Positions 30,201 to 37,746 of a DNA stretch of 64,000 nucleotides are shown piece after piece. Positions within the stretch are counted from its first letter, which is position 1. Each line of letters begins with the position of its first letter. The translations under genes and the position numbers were made by a program. Where the stretch lies: the IMG/VR virus record IMGVR_UViG_3300024503_000485, positions 124,001 through 188,000 of that record; one strand, given 5' to 3'. A model generated the notes under the pieces. The model saw nothing but the letters and a program-made list of their open reading frames with translations, searched no databases and was not told where the DNA came from.

Positions 30201-33200
30201 AAGAGCATTATTAAACATTGAATTCTACACAAATGAATCTTCAGTTAATCCTGTGCATAGAGAATATGTATTATTAGCTGAAGGCGTTGCAGACAACCTT
30301 CCTCCAGAAACTTTAGAGACTAAATGGATCGATAGTTTAGTTGGATTTGATCAAGCAGGTAATACCGTGCCTGATCCTAAACTTTCTACTAAAGAAAAAT
30401 ACGGATTATCATTCAGACCTCGTCAGAGTATGTTTGTAAATCGTTCTGAAATTTTAAAAATTGTTATTACTAATATTAATTCATTATTACTAACAAATCC
30501 ATATTCTGAAATTTTAAATTTTGATAATTTAAATTCAACAGATTTAGAACCAGATGAAAAATTAAACGAATATGATGTAGCAGTAGATACAATAACTGAC
30601 TTAGAACAAATTGGTGCAATTCGTGTTCGCCAAGCAGTATTACAAGCAAATATTGTTAACGGCGAAGTTGATACAATTGATATTGTAGATTCTGGATTTG
30701 GTTATAAAAATGCTCCGTACATTGAAATACAAGGTGACGGAACAGGAGCCAGGGCTTATATTACAATTGATAATCAAGGTAGAGTAAGTAGTGTTAAAAT
30801 TCAAACAACCGGAAGAAAATATACAACCGCCACCGTTAAAATTCGAGAGTATTCAGTATTAGTTAGAACTGATGAAACAATTAATAATTTCTGGAGTATC
30901 TATTCTTGGGATCAACAAAGAAGAATTTTCTATAAGAGTAAGTCTCAAGGTTATGATGTAAGAAACTATTGGTCATATATCGATTGGTGGAAACCAGGAT
31001 ACTCAACCTCAACTAGAATATTATATGAAGTTCCAAGTTTGTATTTAGAACCAACAATATATACTGAGCCAGGAGATTTAATTAGAGTTAAAGAATATGC
31101 TAACGGCGGATGGGCAGTACTTGAAAGAACAGCAGACGGCTCTGGTGAAATTTTAGGAAAATATCTGTTAGTTGCTAGACAAAACGGAACAATTGAATTT
31201 AAAGATTCTCTTTATAATACTAAAACAACCGCTATTGGTTTTGATAATGTTGGATATTATGATACAGCATTATATGACTTAGAACCTTCAAGAGAATTAA
31301 GGATTATTTTAAATTCTATTAAAACTGATTTATTTGTTGGAGATCTTAAAGTTGAGTGGAATAAATTATTCTTCACTTGTGTAAGATATGCTTTCTCAGA
31401 AAATCAGCCAATTTTCTGGGCATTTAAAACAAGTTTTATTAATGCATTACATAATGTTGGATCGTTAGAACATAAAGTTTCTTACAAGAACGATAACCTT
31501 CCTGCGTATCAAAAATATCTTGAAGAAATTAAACCATACAAAACTTCTATTAGAGAATATACAAGTCGTTATGTAAATCAAGAATCAACAAATACAGATA
31601 TTTTAGATTTTGATTTACCTCCCGTATATTCCACACGCGATAATAAAATTGTTCCAGTGAATAATGGATACAATTTATTTGATCAGTATCCATGGAAGTG
31701 GTGGTATGACAACAAAGGATTCTCAGTAGTATCTATTGAAGTTTCATATGCAGGTGCAGATTATACATCTGTTCCTACCGTTCTTATTGAGGGCAACGGA
31801 ACAGGAGCAAAAGCTAAAGCATATATTTCAAATGGTAAAGTTTCTGGTATCACAATGGTTGATATTGGAGAAGGGTATACTGAAACACCAACAATTACGT
31901 TAGTTGGTGGCAACGGTTCGTCTTTATTAAAAGCAAAAGCAATTGCAATTTTAGGTCAAACAAAAGCAAGAACATTTAATCTTGGAATTAAGTTTGACAG
32001 AATTTCTAAAGAAGGCATTTATAACGCATTTACGCATTCTCAAACATTTACTGCATCAGGACGTACTGCGGTTTTTGATTTAGCATTTGCGCCAACAAGA
32101 GATAAATCGAAAATTACTATTGTTAAAAACAAACAATTAATATTGAATAATGAATATAGTTTATCATTGTTCAAAACATCTACCGATGATTATAAGATCC
32201 TAAAAGGTAGATTGATTTTTGTTGACCCGCCAGCTAAAGATGATGTTATTACAATAACATATGAAAAGAATGATGAATTGTTAGATGCTGTTAACAGAAT
32301 TAACAAGTATTATTCACCAACTAGCGGAATGATTGGAAATGAAGTTGGACAATTAATGACCGGTATTGATTTTGGCGGAGTTCAAGTTCAAGGAACAACA
32401 TTTGATGTAACTGGCGGATGGGACGCTCTTCCGTGGTTTACTGATAGCTGGGACAGCGTTGACTCTAACGACGATTATTATGTAATTGTTGACGGTAGTA
32501 CCTCTGGGATTGAACTACCAGAAGCTCCTGTAGAAAATCAAATAATTACAATTTATCTACAAAGAGCAGGAACATCTAAACCGATTAGAATTGACGATCC
32601 ACACTTTGATCATGCCGGCGACTCGGCATTAGTAACAAATTCTAATGCTCTTATGCCAACGTTTGTTGGAGATGGTTCTACAAAAATTGTTTCTATTGAA
32701 AATTATTTCCAAACATATGCAGGCGATGTATTAATTTTCCGTCCTGCAGAAAGCGACGGATCTGTTAATATTACAGATACAAACCTTCTCGATTCTAAGA
32801 TTAGTGGCGGAACATTAGCATCAATGAGCGGTGCATATTCAACTGCTACAGGAATGACAGCAGAAGAAATTGTAATTAGCGGTGGCGCATTTAATACGCC
32901 AGATCATACACCTGCTCCTGAAGAAAATGTACCGGGACAAATACTTGATAGTGTTTCTATTAAGGTGTTCCAAACTACAATCAGTGGTGCTGCAACTATT
33001 CAAAATAAAGTTGTTATTTCAGATGGAATTACTTCTCGATATGCCATTGATTTAACTATAATAGAAGAAGCATCAATATTGGTCTATGTAGATAAAATTT
33101 CCTATGTTTCATTTGGAGATAGCACAACCAGTTATAGCATAGATTTTACAACCAACGAAATTGTGTTTAATACTCCACCTGCGCTAGGCTCTACAATTGA

Positions 33201-34962
33201 GATCATTGCAATTGGTCGTGGGGGTATTGCATTATTAGATTTCCAAGAGTTTGTTGCAGATGGCAATACAAGATTGTTCTTAACAAAAGCAGATTATTCT
33301 TTAACACAAAATATTTTAGTAACCGTTGACGGTCATCAAGTCGACACAGGATTTACTAATAGTACTATTGTTGCTGAAGATACAGGAACAACTATTGAAC
33401 CTGGAAAAACAATGGTAGAATTTGGATTAACACCAGATGCAAATTCAATTATTAAAATCATTTGTTTGGGTTCAACATCAAATGTTGATAGTTCTGGATT
33501 GTCTGTAATTCGTGTTAATAAACAAATTTTAACATATGAGGGATCAACACGATCTTTTATGCTAGACAAATTTGTAGATCCATCTAGAAGTTCAGCAATT
33601 GCGTCTATGGTTGTTTTGTTAAACAATAAAAAATTAAAAGGCCCAGATACTTATTATAGAATATACGACGGATCAAATAACGAAGTTGAAGTAGGTGTAG
33701 ATCCAACATCTGTGGTAACATCAGTTGATGTTAGAGTTTATATTAATAATATATTACAGCCATTTGTTACGGCATATATCTATGACGGCACTACCGGAAC
33801 CGTGGTTGTTAATACAGAATATCTAGAATTGCAAGATGTTATTAGAATAGAAATTATTAATAATGCAGAATATTCTGTTACAGATAACATTTTACAAATT
33901 TCTGATTTAGTAACCTTAGTAGACGAAGATCAAATAGAAGTAACTTGGTTTAGCGAATATCCAACGTTTGACATTGTTTCTGACGTTCATTCAGGAGGAA
34001 AAGTTCAATATCAATTGAATAGAGCCCCATTAGATTCTCATTATGTATGGGTTTATAAGAATGGCGAGAGACTAGTTCAAGGAAAAGAATTTGTTGTTTC
34101 AACACCAAGGAATGTTGTATATCTGAATATTCCTTCTTTGTTAACTGACAAAATTGAAATTATGGAATTTGGTAATAATGTTTATAAAACTCCAAGAGCT
34201 TTTGAAATGTATAAAGACATGTTTAACGTAACTCATTATAAGCGTTATGCTATTAATGATGTTCAGTTATCAAAAGAATTAAATTATTACGATACTACTA
34301 TTGAAGTTAATGATGCTTCGGCTCTTGACGAACCTAATATGTCTAAAAATATTCCTGGAGTGGTAACAATCAACAAAGAACGCATCGAGTTCTTAACTAA
34401 ATCCGGAAACGTGTTAGGACAATTAAGAAGAGGAACGTTAGGATCTTCAATCGGTCAAACTTATCCTGCAGGAACCCCAGTAATCAGTGCAGGTGTTGAT
34501 GACATTATTCCTTATATTGATTCTCAAGAAAAAGAAGAGTTTGTTAGCGACGGAAGTACATTGTTGATTGGACCATTATCTTTTGTTCCAACAAAATCAA
34601 CAAGATCTAGCTTTACCAGAAAAACAATTCCAGAAGATTTTGGAGCCTGCGATCAAGTAGAAATATTTGTTGCAGGCAAAAGATTAAGAAAAGATCAGTT
34701 ATCTGTTTATAACGAATCTTTAGGATCAGTAAGTCCATCGGCAGATGAAATTTTAGAAGCAGAATTTTCTGTAGACGGAGCAACACCTTATATAAGATTA
34801 ACTAAGCCAGCAACTGAAGGTACACGAATTTTAATAATTAGAAAAGTTGGTAGATTATGGTACGAGAGAGCTGAAACTACAGCAAGTAGAGGTATTACGC
34901 TGCTTGATAACAATACAGCTATTGCTCGTTTCATTGATCAAAAGCCAACGGAATTGCCATAA
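21277..34962 (+). CDS. Giant (4561 aa) baseplate/virion structural protein, gp7-like position; beta-propeller repeats and CBM5/12-like modules
   Basis: Uninterrupted ORF after gp6; FG-GAP-like repeats (FGSAMAM, FGFSVDV, FGSDVSI, FGYAIDA); GxGYxxxPxIxxxGxG motifs; aromatic carbohydrate-binding-like repeats. Confidence 0.8.
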   Translation: MAKFFPKSQLPIRKSSDLLPKVFQTDANDKFLSGVLDPLLQPGTLEKNVGYVGRRYGKTYNGSDIYLDTDATLRSRYQLEPGVVLKKDGKTQNFYDFIDFKNILKYFGNNEDRDDLIDQHQHYSWNPPVDWDKFINYREYFWMPSGPPPIRILGQSSSVISTYRVKLGEASSFIFSPDGYTNNPRITLYRGQKYKFIVNVPGNGFVIRTSYDTGSLTFNPDLFYPQGSIVVFNGSVWKAKVPVSPADGSTITTESQDWEFVEIVNANSAALDYTKGITNFGIENGTLTFDVPYDAPDILYYQSITDPNKFGQFIISDIEENSKININDDIIGKTTYTSSNGIELSNGMIVNFGGVVTPEKYSKGNWLVEGVGKAISLTNFDDLVVPVLTSDVPEVLFDNEGFDTAPFDDASSYPGTKDYITIAKSSKDLNPWSRYNRWFHRSVLELSFKLSGEDFYHDEAARAKRPIIEFLPNLKLYEHGVFAKETVDYIDTFTSDVFSKIEGSTGYSIDGEPLFNGARILVTADTDSLANNKIYQVKFFTQNGQNQITLIKVDDTESIIGETLLVRRGKKNKGTMFYYDGTAWLSSQEKTKVNQAPLFDAFDENGVSFSDKDTYPVSTFRGTKILAYKESTGVVDLELGFPISYLNISNVGDISFEFVWDIESFTYEVLRKSYSKNINTGFCKFNLTDEYVNHWIETEQKYLQPIIDSQVITTATDTVYFNTVDWFKVTDQDEIYFYKNGERYTESYTRQGGNFIFATPFAVKDVLVIKIFCNLIPEEGYYEIPVGLEKNPLNNELTDFTFGQAVDHISSGLEFYNGFSGLVVGNNSLRDIHGFQAYTKRFLKHESVAPVALTLLVDKQVNLIKALRYAKKSYTDFKHNFIKISGELDFDGDIPKLVDNIINELTRGKNPSSPFVNSDMIGSGAYTNLIYEVEDPDINTFVISDKFDLKTLSNRAVYLYINNQQLINGFDYEFNSDFSFVNILKTLNVGDILEIREYVSSGFNHIPQTPTKIGLFKKFVPEKFLDDTFVEPKYMIQGHDGSLTTAFNDYRDDALLELELRIFNNIKKEYDENIFDIDATAGGYYKTGIFEYNQIIQINTQEFLKWIADTNIDYVSNSYFDSENSFTYTYSNMSDPAGLENLPGWWRGVYKYFYDTDRPHRCPWEMLGFSIKPTWWESEYGPAPYTRNNLLLWEDLAAGLIRQGPRAGVHKRYVRSTLLTHIPVDGDGKLLSPLDSNLAQNFSLINNQGDFNFGDISPAEHAWYSSSEYPFATIIGMALLRPFEFVGKNFDNSKIVRNKLNQLVHTDTGIFVKVEDLVGSSSGGYLTSGLVSYIVDYLKSHNINENVLQEKLDEIDVYLTHRLSGFVDQTQQRFILDSKNPNSTSANIFVPVENQEIYYNVSAPIASIIYSAVIVEKMTNGWKISGYDFLDPHFTYFAPVISQIDPLISVGGVSENFVNWTEDKFYGNGVVARYNNEYYRSVKSHQSGSTFDLTLWKKLPDLPKKDDVQAFKRRTFNTIREQKISYGTTIGTIQGVVDFLLGYEQYLISKGFKFDRYDTDSKVTQDWFTSAKEFMYWTQHNWAPGSLLTLSPAAEKMDVSYPIGVPDNLLDSFYEYQVFRGDGQPLTPNFLNIKRDFQNITIETTNTAEGIYFFKAHLVLKEHVAIFDDRTVFNDVIYDKTTGYRQERVKARGFRTVDWDGDYTSPGFLFDNVNIIAWQPYTDYRLGDIVNYKSYNWVTKSNHTSTDQFVNAFWTKLDSTPNKRLVPNFDYRINQFEDYYNLDADGLGSSQRDLGRHAIGYQTREYLQNLAEDDVTQFQLYQGFIREKGTLNAAVKIFDKLSKTTEDSIVLNEEWAFNVGTLGGVDELNEVEFAFNKDSLQVNPQPMIFVSSAYTGVILDQYLRIPASDFTNAPSPFTTSIIPKTDFDQFQSAGYVKLDQVDFVIKNRSDLETLDITQVKDGDHFWITFDNSAWTVLRFTRKPLLTLISAIKTGTTIEITFNRRHAFIVDDYIGINDVPNLTGFYKINEVTLTSVIIACASDAKDPLVDTSTLIRVYGLDNVRFSSGSDIDQEYVALLPNNSKLWFDSNDNGLWEVVQKNKVFSYKSLTDYGTTVPEGTGHAVCYVERLQQTITSMPSNSMVLVYVEGPTGLKIKQTFAPEPELYLLLSNSFGEELAVSPDGHFLAVGCPRASGVPSAYIGVFDPTANYEIGDVVEYAGKLWKATTAVVGDGSTIDIQSNDWEPTSLLTYDPNFGRGEGFRNQGAVSIYVWNNQNWSLTTTLVSPRPAFDENFGSNISISKSGSDYWMAVSAPGSLDSRGRIYLYRYNSETLAWEQHENNNYIGVYVSDPARQYPKGSIVWWNNSYWKAVEDTNGDGSTISISSPDWIKIDDISSQSSLPTNVSIEDDGSTISSGLLSESDLAELTKQGDMFGSAMAMNKDGSILVVGVADSDGIYFANYKGIWSATQEYIAGDVVKYQGYYHRLTNVRPEDPVDSATYRSFGEYPDDGLPWTNVGDSTIPYSTGKVYIYQRDSNSVYKLKQTITAGSIGLFDDTGNNESITVGDKFGFSVDVDATGQHIVISAPQADINLQNQGAVYYFSATSLTNPEWRLKQKLESFEEYNNLLFGSDVSISSGTERIVVGAKNAPYKSYAYFETGTTFDKNSTIFSTFNGYSGQVYSFERVSGKYFLTEKLEADVTNNESFGYAIDATSDVIVVGSPNYNNGDGLVRTFRKDTSVKSLKTLAVQEQLIDISKIKNISLIDADKNVKISDIDFIDPIKLKILGLAEQELNFKTPYDPAIYTNGTEETVVDPDAAWFTKNVGKLWWNLNTAKWLYYEQGDIAYRNGNWGQLAKGSTIDVYEWVETTLLPSEWSALADTTAGLTEGISGQPLYPNDDVYSVKQFYNEITQQVTEIKYYYWVKGSTVVPQKVNRKLSAGEVAALIETPISSGYPILALLDSDKILAYNFNKFVTSGRALLNIEFYTNESSVNPVHREYVLLAEGVADNLPPETLETKWIDSLVGFDQAGNTVPDPKLSTKEKYGLSFRPRQSMFVNRSEILKIVITNINSLLLTNPYSEILNFDNLNSTDLEPDEKLNEYDVAVDTITDLEQIGAIRVRQAVLQANIVNGEVDTIDIVDSGFGYKNAPYIEIQGDGTGARAYITIDNQGRVSSVKIQTTGRKYTTATVKIREYSVLVRTDETINNFWSIYSWDQQRRIFYKSKSQGYDVRNYWSYIDWWKPGYSTSTRILYEVPSLYLEPTIYTEPGDLIRVKEYANGGWAVLERTADGSGEILGKYLLVARQNGTIEFKDSLYNTKTTAIGFDNVGYYDTALYDLEPSRELRIILNSIKTDLFVGDLKVEWNKLFFTCVRYAFSENQPIFWAFKTSFINALHNVGSLEHKVSYKNDNLPAYQKYLEEIKPYKTSIREYTSRYVNQESTNTDILDFDLPPVYSTRDNKIVPVNNGYNLFDQYPWKWWYDNKGFSVVSIEVSYAGADYTSVPTVLIEGNGTGAKAKAYISNGKVSGITMVDIGEGYTETPTITLVGGNGSSLLKAKAIAILGQTKARTFNLGIKFDRISKEGIYNAFTHSQTFTASGRTAVFDLAFAPTRDKSKITIVKNKQLILNNEYSLSLFKTSTDDYKILKGRLIFVDPPAKDDVITITYEKNDELLDAVNRINKYYSPTSGMIGNEVGQLMTGIDFGGVQVQGTTFDVTGGWDALPWFTDSWDSVDSNDDYYVIVDGSTSGIELPEAPVENQIITIYLQRAGTSKPIRIDDPHFDHAGDSALVTNSNALMPTFVGDGSTKIVSIENYFQTYAGDVLIFRPAESDGSVNITDTNLLDSKISGGTLASMSGAYSTATGMTAEEIVISGGAFNTPDHTPAPEENVPGQILDSVSIKVFQTTISGAATIQNKVVISDGITSRYAIDLTIIEEASILVYVDKISYVSFGDSTTSYSIDFTTNEIVFNTPPALGSTIEIIAIGRGGIALLDFQEFVADGNTRLFLTKADYSLTQNILVTVDGHQVDTGFTNSTIVAEDTGTTIEPGKTMVEFGLTPDANSIIKIICLGSTSNVDSSGLSVIRVNKQILTYEGSTRSFMLDKFVDPSRSSAIASMVVLLNNKKLKGPDTYYRIYDGSNNEVEVGVDPTSVVTSVDVRVYINNILQPFVTAYIYDGTTGTVVVNTEYLELQDVIRIEIINNAEYSVTDNILQISDLVTLVDEDQIEVTWFSEYPTFDIVSDVHSGGKVQYQLNRAPLDSHYVWVYKNGERLVQGKEFVVSTPRNVVYLNIPSLLTDKIEIMEFGNNVYKTPRAFEMYKDMFNVTHYKRYAINDVQLSKELNYYDTTIEVNDASALDEPNMSKNIPGVVTINKERIEFLTKSGNVLGQLRRGTLGSSIGQTYPAGTPVISAGVDDIIPYIDSQEKEEFVSDGSTLLIGPLSFVPTKSTRSSFTRKTIPEDFGACDQVEIFVAGKRLRKDQLSVYNESLGSVSPSADEILEAEFSVDGATPYIRLTKPATEGTRILIIRKVGRLWYERAETTASRGITLLDNNTAIARFIDQKPTELP

Positions 34963-34968
34963 TAAATA
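34962..34968 (+). promoter_or_regulatory. Late promoter ATAAATA
   Basis: Immediately upstream of 34973; the real start may be the in-frame ATG at 34994. Confidence 0.55.
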
Positions 34969-34972
34969 ACAT

Positions 34973-35641
34973 ATGGAGATAAAAGAGTCTAAAATGCCAC
35001 AAGATCAAAACACAAATAGCAAGGTAACCGAACAAAAACCCAACGAAACGGGCGGGTTTCACTTCGAAGGTCATATTAAAATATTTGATCCGCAGACCAA
35101 AGAGGTTTTTGTGGATAAGAGAAACGCCATTCACTATGAAAATATGTCAGTAGCAATGGTAAACAGCCTTTCAAATCAAGGGCTAGGAACAATATATCAA
35201 ATGGCTTTTGGAACAGGAGGAACAATTGTTGATCCTACAGGGCTTATTTCGTATTTGACCCCAAATACCGTTGGTGTTAATTCTAGCTTGTATAATCAAA
35301 CTTATCAGAAAATTGTTGACCAAAACGCTTCTGAAAACACCGACCCTGTTCGAAATAAAATGGAAATTCGACATGTAAGCGGAGCAACATATTCAGATAT
35401 TGTTGTTAGTTGTTTACTTGATTACGGAGAGCCCGACGGTCAAGAAGCATTTGATAATAGTCAAGATATGAGCGGAAATTTTGTGTTTGACGAGCTTGGG
35501 CTAAAAAGTTATGATCCAAACGGTAACGGAAAACTATTAACTCATGTAATTTTCCACCCAGTGCAAAAATCATTGAATAGATTATTGCAAGTTGATTATA
35601 CAATTCGAGTTCAAAGTTTAACTGGATATAATGAGGTTTAA
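34973..35641 (+). CDS. Putative baseplate-fibre adaptor / virion structural protein
   Basis: 222 aa between the giant baseplate gene and the fibres; MAFGTGG and FDELGL motifs resemble fibre-attachment N-terminal domains. Confidence 0.55.
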   Translation: MEIKESKMPQDQNTNSKVTEQKPNETGGFHFEGHIKIFDPQTKEVFVDKRNAIHYENMSVAMVNSLSNQGLGTIYQMAFGTGGTIVDPTGLISYLTPNTVGVNSSLYNQTYQKIVDQNASENTDPVRNKMEIRHVSGATYSDIVVSCLLDYGEPDGQEAFDNSQDMSGNFVFDELGLKSYDPNGNGKLLTHVIFHPVQKSLNRLLQVDYTIRVQSLTGYNEV

Positions 35642-35643
35642 TC

Positions 35644-37731
35644 ATGCCGTATAGCGTAAATTACACAGATAAAAATACAAAATCGCCAATTACGGTATAT
35701 GACAATACTTCAAGTACCGATACAACATTAACATTTCCCGGACGAAATGTTACAGGCTACGGCCAGATTATTGCAGAAAATTTTCTCCACCTATTAGAAA
35801 ATTTTGCTAGCCCCACCGAACCAGTTAATCCAGTTGAAGGGCAATTGTGGTATGAAAGTGAAACTGGTACACTGATGATCTTTGACAACACCAGTTGGAA
35901 AGCAGCAGGCAGTATTCAGAAAAGCCCAACACAACCATCTGTTAGTGCAGACAAGGTTGGAGAGATCTGGGTCGACACCGTTAAACAACAATTATATGTT
36001 TGGTCAGGTGAAACATGGGTGTTGGTTGGTCCTCAATTCAGTACAACTAGCGGTTTAAGAACTGGACCAATTGTTGACATTATTGACGACTCGGACAACA
36101 CAGCTCGTAAAATTATTAAATTTTTAGTAGATGAAACGCCAATTGCTATTATTAGCGAAGATAGTTTTACTCCTAAAATTAGTATTCCTGGTTTTATCGA
36201 TATTAAATCAGGAATTAATTTAACAACCGTTGCATCGGGCGACGGTAATTATGCTCCAAAATTGTACGGAACTGCTCAAGCAGCAGATGCATTGATTGTT
36301 AATGATGTAGAAGTTGTTGCTTCAAAGTTTTTAAGATCTGATATTACTAATACAACTGAATATGGAATTAACGTTAAAAGTAATAGCGGTATTACATTAG
36401 GAGTTGACAGCGGATTTAGAATTTCATCTTCTGCAACATCGGCAAAAATTTATAATGCCAATCCTGGAAGTAGTATTGATTTACAAGTTAATAGAAACGG
36501 TAGTCAATCAACAATTTTAAGAGTTATTGATAATAAGATTGGTATTAATATTGAAACTCCTCAGCGTGAACTTGACGTAGGTGGCGATATTGGTGTTAGC
36601 GGTGATGTTATTATCACAAGCACAGATCCAAGTACAAATTTTAATAACGGATCTTTGAGAACAGCAGGCGGAGCCGCAGTTACAAAAAATTTAATTGTTG
36701 GAACAGAATTAGAAGTTGGCGGAACAACTACTATTAAAAATCTTCTTCCAAAGACAACTGAAACATATAGTTTAGGTGCAGATCCTACAACCGGCGGAAA
36801 ACGTTGGGATACGGTTTACGCTAAAACTATCAAAGCAGATTTCTTAAAGGGTGTGTTAGACGGTGACGTTGCAGGTAATGCTAGAACAGCCACTAATTTA
36901 AGAACGGTTACTAGTTTTCAAATTAAAGGCGACGTAACATCTCAGGTTATTAATTTTGACGGTTCTGTTGGCGGAAGTATTAAAGAGTTTACAACAACAT
37001 TAACTTCAAACATTATTGAAGGAAAAGAATTTCCTTTTCCAAATGTATCAAAATCAGACGATTTGGTTTTAGTTTTTAGATCTGGTACAGGTCTAATAAA
37101 AGAATCAAGGGATGTATTTGTTGGTGACCTTGGAATTCCAATTGGCGGAATTTTACCGTACGCAGGCATCGATATTCCAGACGGATTTTTATTATGTGAC
37201 GGATCAGAGGTTGAAAAATCAAAATATAGTAAACTATACGATGCTATTGGTAACACATATGGTTTGCCAACTAGGGGTGTAAACACTTTTGTATTGCCGG
37301 ATCTACGTGGTAGATTCCCCCTAGGTCGAGATAATATGGATAATTATGGCACCGTTCCTGAAGAAAACGGCGGCTTCATTGACGCAGGTGGCGGCAACAT
37401 TGATCGTGTTGCAGGTACAGAAGCAGATACATTAGGTGCCGGTGCAGGAGATGCTGAAAGCGTATTAGAAGTTAGAAATCTGCCTGAACATGAACATAAT
37501 TTAAAACCGCCTGGAGTTGATAGACAATTTGCTGTTGTTAGAGTTGATTCGGCGGTCGTTCCGGGAACTTCTCCTGGTTCAGGACTAGGACCAACAGCAG
37601 CTGGTCAAGCTCAGTATCTTAATACATCCGGAGGTATCAAAACAAGTGCTACTTTAGCAACCCCGTTTAGTATTATGAATCCGTTCTTGACTATTAACTA
37701 TATCATAAGATCTGGTCCACCAGCATTCTAA
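35644..37731 (+). CDS. Tail fibre with phage tail-collar domain
   Basis: PIGGILPYAG..IPDGFLLCDGS...YSKLYDAIG...LPDLRGRFPLG collar motif. Confidence 0.85.
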   Translation: MPYSVNYTDKNTKSPITVYDNTSSTDTTLTFPGRNVTGYGQIIAENFLHLLENFASPTEPVNPVEGQLWYESETGTLMIFDNTSWKAAGSIQKSPTQPSVSADKVGEIWVDTVKQQLYVWSGETWVLVGPQFSTTSGLRTGPIVDIIDDSDNTARKIIKFLVDETPIAIISEDSFTPKISIPGFIDIKSGINLTTVASGDGNYAPKLYGTAQAADALIVNDVEVVASKFLRSDITNTTEYGINVKSNSGITLGVDSGFRISSSATSAKIYNANPGSSIDLQVNRNGSQSTILRVIDNKIGINIETPQRELDVGGDIGVSGDVIITSTDPSTNFNNGSLRTAGGAAVTKNLIVGTELEVGGTTTIKNLLPKTTETYSLGADPTTGGKRWDTVYAKTIKADFLKGVLDGDVAGNARTATNLRTVTSFQIKGDVTSQVINFDGSVGGSIKEFTTTLTSNIIEGKEFPFPNVSKSDDLVLVFRSGTGLIKESRDVFVGDLGIPIGGILPYAGIDIPDGFLLCDGSEVEKSKYSKLYDAIGNTYGLPTRGVNTFVLPDLRGRFPLGRDNMDNYGTVPEENGGFIDAGGGNIDRVAGTEADTLGAGAGDAESVLEVRNLPEHEHNLKPPGVDRQFAVVRVDSAVVPGTSPGSGLGPTAAGQAQYLNTSGGIKTSATLATPFSIMNPFLTINYIIRSGPPAF

Positions 37732-37746
37732 TATTGGAAATAAGAC

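Noticed and set aside
22010-34565. DGST occurs seven times in the 4561-aa protein and might be a glycosylation sequon
   Set aside because: Three copies are part of the CBM-like module and the others fit the common GDG-T turn of repeated beta-domains, so module duplication explains it.
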